Shown: piece after piece, positions 41,938 through 51,786 of the stretch
Numbering within the stretch: position 1 is the stretch's first letter
Layout of the letters: the number at the start of each line of letters is the position of its first letter
From: Candidatus Levybacteria bacterium CG2_30_37_29
GTDB taxonomy: Bacteria; Patescibacteriota; Microgenomatia; Levybacterales; GWA1-39-11
Direction: 5' to 3'
DNA: 64,000 nt
NCBI GenBank assembly: GCA_001873215.1
Contig: MNYS01000008.1
Span: forward strand, 66,657 to 130,656
Translations under genes and position numbers: made by a program
Notes under the pieces: generated by a model
Told to the model about the DNA's origin: nothing
Database searches by the model: none
Seen by the model: the letters and a program-made list of their open reading frames with translations, nothing else

Positions 41938-42495
41938 ATGGTGGGAGAAGAGAGATCAAAACCAACACTTCGTATATTTCCTATTGGATCATATTCGTCA
42001 GAAACAGCCTTCAGAAATTTTTTCCCCCGCAAAGAATCTAGAACTGATGAGGAACAAGCACAACATGCTTTTATAAAAGAAATGGAAATTATACATAAGT
42101 ACTATGAAACTACATTTAAATGTAGCGCGCTTATGTCGGAAGTGACTGCAAAAGCCCACCCGTCTCTTCGCGTAAACTTAATACGTATCGGAATGAATTT
42201 TATGCATCACGCTGCACGAATTGAAGCCCAAACAAAAAAAATGCAGCTCCCTCATGTTTCCGAAGACCAGTTAATTAAGTATCTTGCCAATCCCGAACTG
42301 TTTGATATGGATATATCAACAAGAAAAGTAACCAAAGTCTATTATGAACCTATATTGGATAGATTTCACGCACAAGAACAAGGCTTACATCATGTTATGT
42401 CTAGAGAACTAGGACACGAATCTAGCTATGAAAGCTTTGATGTTGGATGTGCACAGATGTGGGACTTTCTCAAAACCGCACCCACGCTTGTTTAA
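41938..42495 (+). CDS. Hypothetical protein flanked by 16 bp direct repeats
   Basis: TAGAAT 6 nt before ATG; TTAAAAACCGCGACGC at 41882 and 42500. Confidence 0.8.
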   Translation: MVGEERSKPTLRIFPIGSYSSETAFRNFFPRKESRTDEEQAQHAFIKEMEIIHKYYETTFKCSALMSEVTAKAHPSLRVNLIRIGMNFMHHAARIEAQTKKMQLPHVSEDQLIKYLANPELFDMDISTRKVTKVYYEPILDRFHAQEQGLHHVMSRELGHESSYESFDVGCAQMWDFLKTAPTLV

Positions 42496-42521
42496 AACTT
42501 TAAAAACCGCGACGCTTAAAT

Positions 42522-42550
42522 TTGATTTCATATATTTTTTTTGAGATAAT
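42522..42550 (+). promoter_or_regulatory. Promoter for the leader/nucleoside hydrolase/hisS unit
   Basis: TTGATT-17-GATAAT with extended TG. Confidence 0.6.
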
Positions 42551-42559
42551 ACATCATAC

Positions 42560-42631
42560 ATGAATAGCATGAAAACAAATAAAATTCATCATCTTACCGC
42601 GAGAAACGGCGGTAAGGTTTATTTGGCCTAA
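42560..42631 (+). CDS. Putative His leader peptide
   Basis: MNSMKTNKIHHLTARNGGKVYLA*; tandem CAT CAT codons directly before attenuator segment 1. Confidence 0.65.
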   Translation: MNSMKTNKIHHLTARNGGKVYLA

Positions 42632-42676
42632 AATTTAGTAAATAAACTTTTTTATACCGCCGAAAGGCGGTTTTTT
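42593..42676 (+). promoter_or_regulatory. Transcription attenuator (1:2, 2:3 and 3:4 hairpins)
   Basis: CTTACCGC/GCGGTAAG; GGCGGTAAGGTTTATTT/AAATAAAC..TACCGCC; ACCGCC-GAAA-GGCGGT plus T tract. Confidence 0.8.
42656..42676 (+). terminator. Intrinsic terminator of the attenuator
   Basis: ACCGCC GAAA GGCGG TTTTTT, 15 nt upstream of the next ATG. Confidence 0.85.
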
Positions 42677-42691
42677 ATTGGCAAAAAAACT

Positions 42692-43597
42692 ATGAAGAAA
42701 ATAAAAAATATATTTATAGATACGGATATGGGAAATGACGATATTATGGCAATATCGCTTTTGCTTTTATCAAATCGTGTCAAAGTTACGGGTTTCAGCA
42801 CGGTTTTTGGAGTATCAAGTACAAGAAAAGGGGCGCTAAACCTTTATAATTTAATCAGTTATTACAAACTGACAATTCCGGTAATAGTGGGTTCGGCAAA
42901 ATCTTCAAACAATAATACAAGAGCATTTCCAACATTTGACAGAAAACGGGCGGAAAATCTTATTCTTCTGCCCTATTTTCAGAAAACGATTAAGAGTATT
43001 AAAAGAAAGAATAATTATGAAAAAATTATATTTGAAAAATTACAAAATAATACAACAATTATTGCGCTTGGGCCGCTTACAAATATTGCTAACTTAATAA
43101 CTAAATACGGAGACTGTTTTACAAACAAAATAAACGAGATTTTTGTCATGGCCGGCGGAATTTATAGCGGAAATGTTCCACCTGAAAAAATTGCAGAATA
43201 TAATATTCTGCTTGATCCAAAAGCAGCAAATATAGTATTTTCTTCAAAAATTCCAATTAAAATGATTGGAATAGATGCTGCACGTTTTGCTCCGGCAACA
43301 CAAGAGTTTAAAAATAAAGTTGTAAACATAAAACAAAAATCACGTCAAGGTAAGATTATAAAGAGCATAATTCTAAATAATAATGCCGACTTCGATTTTT
43401 TCTATGATCCTCTTGCTGTTTCGATATTTTTGGATCAAAAAATTATTAAACAAAGCTTAAAAGGATTTATACATGTGTCTAAAAAAGGAAAGAATACCGA
43501 ACAGACTATATTTAACAGAAGCGAAAATGGAAATGTTAGGGTTATTTTAAGAATTAACTCCAGCAGATTTTATAAATTAATTTCCGACAATATATAA
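42692..43597 (+). CDS. Inosine/uridine-preferring nucleoside hydrolase
   Basis: IDTDMGNDD, ALGPLTNIA, GNV..AEYN..DP.AA, YDPLA. Confidence 0.9.
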   Translation: MKKIKNIFIDTDMGNDDIMAISLLLLSNRVKVTGFSTVFGVSSTRKGALNLYNLISYYKLTIPVIVGSAKSSNNNTRAFPTFDRKRAENLILLPYFQKTIKSIKRKNNYEKIIFEKLQNNTTIIALGPLTNIANLITKYGDCFTNKINEIFVMAGGIYSGNVPPEKIAEYNILLDPKAANIVFSSKIPIKMIGIDAARFAPATQEFKNKVVNIKQKSRQGKIIKSIILNNNADFDFFYDPLAVSIFLDQKIIKQSLKGFIHVSKKGKNTEQTIFNRSENGNVRVILRINSSRFYKLISDNI

Positions 43598-43616
43598 TTC
43601 AATAAACAAATTTGAT

Positions 43617-44852
43617 ATGATAAAGAATATGATCCAACCCAGAACATTGAAAGGCTTTCGAGACTTCCTTCCGAAGGAAGTAAGGAAACGAAATTATGTT
43701 ATTGAAACGCTGAAACGCGTGTTTGAATCTTATGGATTTGAACCTTTAGAAACGCCAAGCTTGGAATATGAAGATATTCTTCTTGGAAAGTACGGTGAAG
43801 AAGGAGATAAATTAATGTACCGTTTTGAGGATAATGGAGGACGTCGTGTAGCTTTAAGATATGATCAAACAGTACCGCTGGCAAGGGTTGTTGCGCAGTA
43901 TCAAAATGACCTTCCTCTACCCTTCAAGCGTTATCAAATTTCAAATGTCTGGCGCGCCGAGAATACGCAAAAGGGACGCTATCGTGAATTCTTGCAGTGT
44001 GACGCAGACATAATTGGTACAAGTTCTGTTATCGCAGACGCGGAGCTTTTGGGTTTAGTAATTGATATTTATAAAGAGCTGAAACTTGATGTAATAATAA
44101 AAATAAATGATCGTGCAAATTTTGAGAGCTTAGATAAAAAATACGTTTCAGTAATCGATAAGCTCGAAAAACTTGGAGAAAGCACAGTACTTTCGGAGAT
44201 GATTGAAAAAGGAATGAGTGACGCTGACGCACGCAGCACCCTTAAGTCTCTTCAAGACAAACCCATGACAGAAAACCTAAAACAGGTTTTAGATGTTTTA
44301 GAATCTATGGGAAAAGATACATCAAAAGTACAATACGAACCTACTCTCGCAAGAGGATTAGATTACTATACGGGAATGATATTTGAAACAATTGCTCAAA
44401 ATAGCGCAGGTTCTATTTGCAGTGGAGGAAGATGGGATAAAATGATTGGACTATTTACAGGACAAAATCAGCCGGCGGTTGGATTTGGTCTTGGATTTGA
44501 CAGAACAGTTGAAGTTCTGGAAGAACAAAATTTGTTACCAAAAAAATTTGCAACAACACAAGTTCTTGTCAGTATTCCCTCAAACAAACTTAAACAAACA
44601 ACACTAAAAATAACTTCTATGCTTAGGTCAAAAAATATAAATGCCGAGACTTGGCTTGATGAATCAAAACTTGAAAAACAATTTAAATACGCCGAGAAAA
44701 AAGAAATTCCTTATGTGGTTGTTCCTATTGATGATAAAACAGTCGAACTTCGGACAAAATCTCAGGCCCCGAGCCGCTCCGCTACGGGGCAGGCAGGAGA
44801 AATTGTCAAAAAGATTGTTGAACTAAACTCACTACCAAATGAGATTAAGTAA
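43617..44852 (+). CDS. hisS: Histidine--tRNA ligase
   Basis: KGFRDFLP, LRYDQTVP, GRYREFLQCDAD, RGLDYYTG, GGRWD. Confidence 0.97.
   Translation: MIKNMIQPRTLKGFRDFLPKEVRKRNYVIETLKRVFESYGFEPLETPSLEYEDILLGKYGEEGDKLMYRFEDNGGRRVALRYDQTVPLARVVAQYQNDLPLPFKRYQISNVWRAENTQKGRYREFLQCDADIIGTSSVIADAELLGLVIDIYKELKLDVIIKINDRANFESLDKKYVSVIDKLEKLGESTVLSEMIEKGMSDADARSTLKSLQDKPMTENLKQVLDVLESMGKDTSKVQYEPTLARGLDYYTGMIFETIAQNSAGSICSGGRWDKMIGLFTGQNQPAVGFGLGFDRTVEVLEEQNLLPKKFATTQVLVSIPSNKLKQTTLKITSMLRSKNINAETWLDESKLEKQFKYAEKKEIPYVVVPIDDKTVELRTKSQAPSRSATGQAGEIVKKIVELNSLPNEIK
44765..44797. repeat. GC-rich palindromic insert in the hisS C-terminus
   Basis: GGCCCCGAGCCGCTCCGCTACGGGGCAGGCAGG (APSRSATGQAG). Confidence 0.75.
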
Positions 44853-45765
44853 ATTCAAAACTGCCGTTGTCGCGCTTATCATCGCCAATATTATTTGGGG
44901 CGCGGCTCCGCCTATCTTTAAATGGTCTCTGCAATCTACCGGCATTTTTACTCTTGCTTATCTTCGGTTTTTACTCGCAACCATTATCATATTTCCTTTT
45001 GCAATTAAGTATTTAAGTGTCAGAAAATCGGACATTATAAATTTCCTACTTCTTGGCATTGTAGGTGTTGGAGCAAACATAGCATTTTTCTTTTTCGGAT
45101 TAAAATTTGCGCCAAGCATCAATGCAACAATCATAGGAAGCGCAGGACCTATTTTTCTTATTTTTATTTCTGTGTTTTATCTGAAAGAAAAAGTCAAAAA
45201 GAAATTTATAATAGGTTCAGTCATTGGCCTTATCGGCGTACTTATCGTTATGTTAAAACCACTTTTATTCAATCACGGAACAGAAATTGCAGCACTTGGA
45301 AACTTGTTATTTTTTGTAACTATGCTTGGCGGACTCACTCATATAATTTTTGGGAGAAAACTTATTAAAAATTACCACCCGGTAACTCTAACTTTTTATT
45401 CTTTTATAATAGCAACCTTTTGTTTTCTACCTTTTTTCATACAAGAAAATATCTCTTCTCCATTTCTTGCAAATCCGGATAATTTCCGATTGATTATTGG
45501 TGTTGTTTTTGGTGCGATTTTTACTTCAGTTATCGCTTATTATCTTTTCTTCTGGGCAGTAAAGTACATGCCGGCTTCACAAACAGGAGTATTTATCTAT
45601 TTAGATCCTGTTATTGCAATTATTATTGCAATTCCACTTCTTAACGAATTTCCCGATGAATTCTTTGTCGCGGGAGCATTTCTTGTATTTTTGGGAATTT
45701 ACATTGCGGAAGGACGATTACATTATCATCCACTTCACTTACTTGGCCGCAAAAAAAATATGTAA
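44839..45765 (+). CDS. DMT/EamA family transporter
   Basis: IWG, LRF, YLKEK, two 5-TM repeats, YLDPV. Confidence 0.92.
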   Translation: MRLSKFKTAVVALIIANIIWGAAPPIFKWSLQSTGIFTLAYLRFLLATIIIFPFAIKYLSVRKSDIINFLLLGIVGVGANIAFFFFGLKFAPSINATIIGSAGPIFLIFISVFYLKEKVKKKFIIGSVIGLIGVLIVMLKPLLFNHGTEIAALGNLLFFVTMLGGLTHIIFGRKLIKNYHPVTLTFYSFIIATFCFLPFFIQENISSPFLANPDNFRLIIGVVFGAIFTSVIAYYLFFWAVKYMPASQTGVFIYLDPVIAIIIAIPLLNEFPDEFFVAGAFLVFLGIYIAEGRLHYHPLHLLGRKKNM

Positions 45766-46194
45766 TTCTTGTTGTGTTAGATTTATTTTAGCAACGATTG
45801 CCATGCGTTCTTTGTTTAATTCGACTTGAGACAAACTATGCTCTTCATAAAATGAATAAACAAGACCCGAGTATTCGCCTAACACCTCTGGTTGTTTTGC
45901 CCGATACGCTCTTACTCCAATAAGAGCTTCTAGGTTAAAAAGAATTTCACGCGGAGGAATTTCTTTATTTTCTTGTCTGTAAGCTTGCCTAATTTTCCTT
46001 TCAATAGCATCATCCTTTTTAACCCATTTTCTCGCTACAAATTGATTTAAGAGAGGAATAAATTTTGGATCAAGATTTTCGAATGGAATTCCACGTGCGG
46101 CACAAATTGATAAAATATCCTCTTTTTGCGGGCTTTCAACTGAGGACGCGGAATCATCGATTACGAACGGGCCTTCTTTTGATTGTTCAAGCAT
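45739..46194 (-). CDS. Hypothetical protein
   Basis: 151 aa ORF with AGTAGGTGG RBS-like sequence. Confidence 0.7.
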   Translation of the reverse strand: MLEQSKEGPFVIDDSASSVESPQKEDILSICAARGIPFENLDPKFIPLLNQFVARKWVKKDDAIERKIRQAYRQENKEIPPREILFNLEALIGVRAYRAKQPEVLGEYSGLVYSFYEEHSLSQVELNKERMAIVAKINLTQQELHIFFAAK

Positions 46195-46252
46195 GTCCCA
46201 CCTACTTTAAAGCATTGCTTTTTAGGCGTCGTTAGTATAGAATATTTCAAGT

Positions 46253-46540
46253 ATGAAAGCAAGTATTCACCCACAATACAATCCTATTGCTAATGTTGTC
46301 TGCTCTTGCGGCAACAGTTTTACTGTGGGATCAACAAAAGATAAGGTCCATGTAGAGCTTTGCAATAAATGTCACCCCTTTTATACAGGGCAGCAAAGAT
46401 TTGTTGACAGTGCGTCAAGAATAGAAAAATTCAGAATCAAACAGGAAGCAGCCAAACCTTTAAAAACCAAGAAAGATGAAGAAAAAGAAGCAAGGCAACC
46501 CCAGACCCTTCGCGAAATGCTTGAGGCTTTAAAAAAATAG
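46253..46540 (+). CDS. rpmE: 50S ribosomal protein L31
   Basis: [23 protein letters not shown]. Confidence 0.96.
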   Translation: MKASIHPQYNPIANVVCSCGNSFTVGSTKDKVHVELCNKCHPFYTGQQRFVDSASRIEKFRIKQEAAKPLKTKKDEEKEARQPQTLREMLEALKK

Positions 46541-46564
46541 CGAAATTATCCTATTTACAACACA

Positions 46565-47494
46565 ATGGAATCCTTTATCCAAGAACAAATAGAGCTAATT
46601 GATGGAAAAATCCGGGAAGCAAAGCTTTTACTTTCAGATCCGGACCTCTCCTCTCTTGCCATAGAAGAAATTAAGGATTTGGAAAAACAAAAAGAAGAGA
46701 TGCAAAAAGCCGGAGAAAATTCTAAAGATTATTCTACTTCAAGCTCTCCGTCCGACACATCAAGTCTTGATTTCCGTAACGCAATTATTGAAATAAAAGG
46801 GGCGGCCGGAGGGGATGAATCAAAACTTTTTGCAAATGAATTGCTAAGAATGTACCAACGTTTTGCCGCGGTAAAAAAATTTCACGTTGAGCAACTTGAC
46901 GAATATACAATAAAAATAATAGGTCGAAACGTTTTTGGATTATTCAAGTATGAAGCAGGCGTTCATAGAGTTCAAAGAGTACCTGAAACAGAAAAGCGCG
47001 GCCGCGTACATACATCAACTGTTGTAGTTTCGCTTTTACCGGAACTTGAAGATATTGATCTCCATATAAATCCTGACGATATTGAATTTGAAGCGTACAG
47101 AGCCGGAGGCCATGGCGGTCAAAATGTAAATAAAGTTTCAACAGCTGTAAGATTGAAACATAAACCTACAGGAATTGTTGTAACTTGCCAAACAGAACGC
47201 CACCAAAATCAAAACCGAGAGAATGCGATGAAAGTTTTGCGTGCAAAATTGTGGGAAATGGAAGTTGAAAAACAAAATAAGATAATTGCAGAGCTTAAAT
47301 CAACACAGGTTGGAAAAGGCATGAGAGCTGAAAAAATCCGCACTTACAATTTTCCGCAAGATAGACTTACAGACCACAGAATAAACAAATCGTATCATAA
47401 TCTACCCGTTATAATGGACGGCGGACTTGAAAAAGTCATAGCAGACCTTAAATTTTCAGAACAGGAAGAGAAAACAAATGCTGAAGAAGCTTAA
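46565..47494 (+). CDS. prfA: Peptide chain release factor 1 (compact)
   Basis: [12 protein letters not shown] (PxT), [11 protein letters not shown]; follows rpmE. Confidence 0.93.
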   Translation: MESFIQEQIELIDGKIREAKLLLSDPDLSSLAIEEIKDLEKQKEEMQKAGENSKDYSTSSSPSDTSSLDFRNAIIEIKGAAGGDESKLFANELLRMYQRFAAVKKFHVEQLDEYTIKIIGRNVFGLFKYEAGVHRVQRVPETEKRGRVHTSTVVVSLLPELEDIDLHINPDDIEFEAYRAGGHGGQNVNKVSTAVRLKHKPTGIVVTCQTERHQNQNRENAMKVLRAKLWEMEVEKQNKIIAELKSTQVGKGMRAEKIRTYNFPQDRLTDHRINKSYHNLPVIMDGGLEKVIADLKFSEQEEKTNAEEA

Positions 47495-47496
47495 GA

Positions 47497-48414
47497 CTAA
47501 ATACTTTTTAGAACTTCAACAACCTGCTCAAGGGTAAGTTTTGTGCCGTTCATTTCCGGGTTTTTTGTACTTCCGTTTAAAAGCATACGACCGGAAACAT
47601 GATTATACCAAGTTGCATCCGGATCCATTTTTTTTAGCTTTTCATAGACCGGTGTTAAATCAACATCCACATCTTCATAAACACCTTTTGGAAAAAATTT
47701 ACCACTTCTTCTTTTAGGCCTAGCTTTTATTCTAATAGAATTTGTAGCAGGATCTTTTCTGACCGAGATTACATACCCCACTTGCTGTGCATGCTTAAGA
47801 ACCGTATCGTTTAAGGTCTCAATCGCTATTCCTTTTCCCCATCGGGTCTCAAATTTTATTCCTTTTTCTTTTATTTCCTCTTCTGCCCAAATCTTATTTT
47901 CAAAATAATGATATGCCGCGTCCATCATGTCGTGACCAAATCTTAGACAGGTCGCATCGTCTTTTGGGTATTGAAGTTTTATTCCGTGAATAAGAGAAAC
48001 AATTGAAAAATCATATGTTTCGGTCATTGGGTTTTGGTAGAAAACTTCTTGAAAATGGTCATCGTCTATAACATAATCAACCATCCGTCTTAAAGCTTCT
48101 TTCTTTTGCGGATTTTTTGCAATTGGACTTCCGTTTTCAAGAACGTAATCAAAAGCTCGACTTGTCGCGCAGACATTATCATCGTTTGTTTGATGATGAT
48201 CAAGTGGTCCCATTCCGGTATCCGTATGTATTACTTCTGCGCCGTCAACGACTTCAATTGCCTCACCTTCTTTAGTATACGTACCTTTAAATTTACTTCC
48301 TGCGGGGACAAAATCAATAACAGCATTGTCCCATCCTGGTAAAAATTTTTTTATAATCCAAGAACTAGCAATAGCATCCAAATCACTGGCTTTGTGCGTA
48401 ACAATTCGTTTCAT
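47497..48414 (-). CDS. DHH/MYG1-like phosphoesterase-fold protein
   Basis: IVTH..DLDA, DTG...DHH; start moved to ATG 48414. Confidence 0.65.
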   Translation of the reverse strand: MKRIVTHKASDLDAIASSWIIKKFLPGWDNAVIDFVPAGSKFKGTYTKEGEAIEVVDGAEVIHTDTGMGPLDHHQTNDDNVCATSRAFDYVLENGSPIAKNPQKKEALRRMVDYVIDDDHFQEVFYQNPMTETYDFSIVSLIHGIKLQYPKDDATCLRFGHDMMDAAYHYFENKIWAEEEIKEKGIKFETRWGKGIAIETLNDTVLKHAQQVGYVISVRKDPATNSIRIKARPKRRSGKFFPKGVYEDVDVDLTPVYEKLKKMDPDATWYNHVSGRMLLNGSTKNPEMNGTKLTLEQVVEVLKSI

Positions 48415-48483
48415 TTTGATTAAACAGTATAGCTCACTTTTCCTAACTTGACAAGCAAGCAAAAACCGTCCTATGATTAATAC

Positions 48484-48939
48484 ATGGATGACAAAAAGCA
48501 AGGACTCACCCCGGAGTTAAAACAAATCTATGAAAGGGTTATGAATACTCCGGCAAGCTCTACGCCAGCTCCGGCGGCACAGCCCGTTGTTCCACCTCAA
48601 ACACCTCCTCCTGTCACCACACCCCCTCAAGCGCAGCAAGCAGCTCCTCTTACACCTCCTCCTACGATTCAGACAGGCCCTGCACCAGCAACAAATATAA
48701 ATATTACTCTTCCACCAAGTCCATCACCTCGTGCATTAAATGATACGGGGACCTCAAAACCTTTTGTTTTTTCATCCGATGTAAAAAAGCCCGGAGGTTC
48801 ACAACCAGTAGATACTAACCGAGCGGTTATGGCAAAAAAAGAAGGGAAAAAACTTTCAGTAAAAATAATAATACTTCTTGTTGTGGTGTTAATTATAGTC
48901 TGGGGTGTTTTCTGGGCAAAATTCTTTAAATTTTTCTAA
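48484..48939 (+). CDS. Proline-rich tail-anchored hypothetical protein
   Basis: LKQIYERVMNT head, P/T linker, C-terminal TM. Confidence 0.8.
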   Translation: MDDKKQGLTPELKQIYERVMNTPASSTPAPAAQPVVPPQTPPPVTTPPQAQQAAPLTPPPTIQTGPAPATNINITLPPSPSPRALNDTGTSKPFVFSSDVKKPGGSQPVDTNRAVMAKKEGKKLSVKIIILLVVVLIIVWGVFWAKFFKFF

Positions 48940-50156
48940 ACAAATAATTTTTCAAAAGAAACGATTTCTGTTTTTTCCTCATTTCTTTTTTTAACTTCCA
49001 CTTTTCCAGCGCCCGTTTTTGGTGAAACAACAAGACGTGTAGGAATACCAATTAAATCAGCATCCGCAAATTTTTCACCGGCGCCTATATCTCTATCATC
49101 ATATAAAACTTCAAATCCCTTTTCTGTTAATTTTTTGTAAACTTCTTCTGCCCCGCTTTCTCCAATACCAATAAGATGAAATTGAAACGGCGCAACACTC
49201 TCAGGCCAAATAAGACCCCGGTCATCATGAAACACTTCTGCCAACACACCAATCATACGTGTTATACCAATCCCATAACTTCCCAGATATACATATTGTT
49301 TTTCACCTTTATCGTTGACAAATGACACATTCATTTTTTCGCTGTATGCTGTTCCGAATCTAAAAATATTTCCAACTTCAATAGCTTTTACTTTTTGAAG
49401 CGGCCCGTGTCCTAAATCACACTGCTTTCCCTCAAGCTTTTCAGGCTCTTTTATAATCTCCATATTTTGGGAGAAGTCTCCTCCCGGACAGTAAATTATT
49501 TCATCCTCCCCCGTTTCTGCAACTACCTGAAACTCATGGGTAACATTATCAGTAAAAACACCGCCCGCAGCTTCTGTAACTACTGAGGAAAGACCAAATC
49601 TTTTAAAAACTTTCAGATATGTTTCTTTTACTTTCTCGTAATAATTATCGAGATCCTCCTGAGAGGTATGCGCGCTGTATAAATCTTTCATTAAGAATTC
49701 GCGCCCGCGTAAAATTCCGGATTTAGCCCGCAGCTCACTTCTAAATTTTGTTGAAAAATGATAAAGCATAATTGGAAGATCTTTGTAGGAATTGATGTGT
49801 TTTCTTATTAGATCAAGAAATATCTCTTCATGAGTAAAGGATAGCGCAAATTCTTTATCCTGCTTTTCTAATTTATACATTACTTCATCTGCTTTATCCC
49901 AACGTCCCGTTTCATTCCAGACAGATTTTGGGTGCAAAAGCGGCATTAAAATCTCCTCTGCTCCCGTATCATTCATCTCTTCCCGAACTATTTGTTCAAT
50001 CTTTCTTTCAATCCGTTTTCCCAAAGGAAGAAGACTGTAGGACCCTGCCATTAGCTTATCTATAAATCCCCCGCGAAGTAAAAGTTTGGCGTTCACCGCT
50101 ACCTCATCAGCCGGCGCTTCCTTAATAGTTTTTGGAAAAAGTTTGGAATACAGCAT
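48936..50156 (-). CDS. proS: Proline--tRNA ligase (short, no editing domain)
   Basis: LLLRGGFI, THEE, RGREFLMKDLYS, IEVGNIF, GSYGIG. Confidence 0.96.
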   Translation of the reverse strand: MLYSKLFPKTIKEAPADEVAVNAKLLLRGGFIDKLMAGSYSLLPLGKRIERKIEQIVREEMNDTGAEEILMPLLHPKSVWNETGRWDKADEVMYKLEKQDKEFALSFTHEEIFLDLIRKHINSYKDLPIMLYHFSTKFRSELRAKSGILRGREFLMKDLYSAHTSQEDLDNYYEKVKETYLKVFKRFGLSSVVTEAAGGVFTDNVTHEFQVVAETGEDEIIYCPGGDFSQNMEIIKEPEKLEGKQCDLGHGPLQKVKAIEVGNIFRFGTAYSEKMNVSFVNDKGEKQYVYLGSYGIGITRMIGVLAEVFHDDRGLIWPESVAPFQFHLIGIGESGAEEVYKKLTEKGFEVLYDDRDIGAGEKFADADLIGIPTRLVVSPKTGAGKVEVKKRNEEKTEIVSFEKLFV

Positions 50157-50174
50157 ATTCCAAGTATATCGGGC

Positions 50175-50822
50175 TTATGCTGCTTTTTCAACAGGTTTAT
50201 TATTATCTTCCCTCTCTGTTTCAGGATCTATCACTTCTTGCAGTAAGCGCCCCATCAGAAGTATCAAAATCTCCAAAAGGCTCTTTTTCTTCTTTTCATC
50301 CTTCTCTTCTTCAATCAGTTTTTTCAAAACTTTCAAAACCTGAACTAATTCATACCCGGTTTTAAGAATCATATCTAAATGTTCCTGAGTTTTTTCAAGC
50401 CTTTCGGTCAAATCAGCATTTTTTGACAAAAGCTCGGAGACCCTACTTTCCAGATCTTCCACTTTTTGGTCTAATGGATTTGACTCTTTCTCAACATCCC
50501 CATCTCGTATTTCTTCTTGCGGTTGGTTTTTGTCTGTTTTCATAGATTCTTCATCTTCTTCAAATCCATCGCCTGCAAATTTTTCAAGAGCAATATCAGC
50601 TCCTTCACTTTTTGCAGAATCAAAAAGTCTGTCGGCTACGCTTTTATTTTGTTTTTGCTGACCTAATTGAACGTCAGCTTGAGCCTCCGGATTTCCTGCT
50701 TTATCAATGCTTAATTCTCCAATATCTTCTTTAAACCCACCCGTACTTTCCGGACCAGAATTGTTTTGTGTAACCGCAACCGGAACGTTATTTGTCATCG
50801 GTACTCCTTCCATTCCTTCCAT
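50175..50822 (-). CDS. Acidic coiled-coil protein with Leu-rich C-terminal helix (module protein B2)
   Basis: Acidic N-part, heptad coil, SLLEILILLMGRLLQ; similar to 51787-52638. Confidence 0.8.
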   Translation of the reverse strand: MEGMEGVPMTNNVPVAVTQNNSGPESTGGFKEDIGELSIDKAGNPEAQADVQLGQQKQNKSVADRLFDSAKSEGADIALEKFAGDGFEEDEESMKTDKNQPQEEIRDGDVEKESNPLDQKVEDLESRVSELLSKNADLTERLEKTQEHLDMILKTGYELVQVLKVLKKLIEEEKDEKKKKSLLEILILLMGRLLQEVIDPETEREDNNKPVEKAA

Positions 50823-51130
50823 TAATTTTCACCACCCTTCAATTCATCCTTAACTCGTTTCAAACCTTCTTCTACAAAAAATTTGTCAAAATTATTTGCT
50901 TGTTTGATAAATACATCATTTACTTCCGCATATCTTTTTGATAACTCAAATAAACCCTTAAAAATATCATCTGTGTTTTCATATTTACAAGCATCAATTA
51001 CTTCACGCGCTAATTGTTTTGCATGTCCTACTCCAATTTCAGAATATTTCAGTTTTAAAACAATCATAAGTAATATGTCTCTTTTAATATCTTTTGTTAT
51101 TATTTGAATTTGATTGTCAATATTTTTCAT
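50822..51130 (-). CDS. Small helical protein (module protein A2)
   Basis: Paralogue of 52631-52984; TAATG overlap with the next gene. Confidence 0.85.
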   Translation of the reverse strand: MKNIDNQIQIITKDIKRDILLMIVLKLKYSEIGVGHAKQLAREVIDACKYENTDDIFKGLFELSKRYAEVNDVFIKQANNFDKFFVEEGLKRVKDELKGGEN

Positions 51131-51132
51131 TT

Positions 51133-51366
51133 TTACCCCGTTGTTTCATTTATTTTTTCTTTGGTTTCTTTTGCTTTTCGTTCTTCCTCTTCTTTTTTTT
51201 CAGCGGCCAATTCAGCTTCTCGCAATTCCATTTCTAATTCCCTTGCCTCTTCCTCCGCCTCTTTCCCTTCAAGCTCAATTTTTGCAACCTGTTGGCGGGC
51301 TTGTTGTTTCATCTCGCCAATATCCACTCTGTTTTCTTTTGTAAGTATTTGATCTTTCTGTATCAT
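51133..51366 (-). CDS. Small E/K-rich coiled-coil protein
   Basis: TATACT 6 nt before ATG 51366; 2 nt before the A2 start. Confidence 0.7.
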   Translation of the reverse strand: MIQKDQILTKENRVDIGEMKQQARQQVAKIELEGKEAEEEARELEMELREAELAAEKKEEEERKAKETKEKINETTG

Positions 51367-51485
51367 GACTGCAGTATAGAAGTATTTGGAAGACCAATCT
51401 TGATATAAAGAACACAATTACATCACAGCCTCCTAACTAAGAGGGTTTTGACAATTAAAGCTGGAAAGAATATAATTCGTGAACA

Positions 51486-51773
51486 ATGAGAAGTCCAGAA
51501 CATCAGAGCATATCGGAAGAATTTGAGCAATTTGCAAAAACTCCCGTTGCGTTAGTTCTCTTAGTAACAGGAGCAATTCTTGGACCGGGAGCAATACTTC
51601 ATGCAATCGATTTAATTGATCAAGATAAAATCCAAAAAGCTCTTTGGTATACAGCTGCGGGGACAGGAGAAATTACTGCTGCAGGAGCTATTGTCTTTGC
51701 TAACATGAAAGCGAAGGCAAGGCCTAGGTCTTTTGAGAATCCTCAATCTCCAGAACAATCAAACCGGAAATAG
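51486..51773 (+). CDS. Small 2-TM hypothetical protein
   Basis: TTGACA-17-TATAAT promoter 9 nt upstream. Confidence 0.75.
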   Translation: MRSPEHQSISEEFEQFAKTPVALVLLVTGAILGPGAILHAIDLIDQDKIQKALWYTAAGTGEITAAGAIVFANMKAKARPRSFENPQSPEQSNRK

Positions 51774-51786
51774 ATAACCTCATTTA

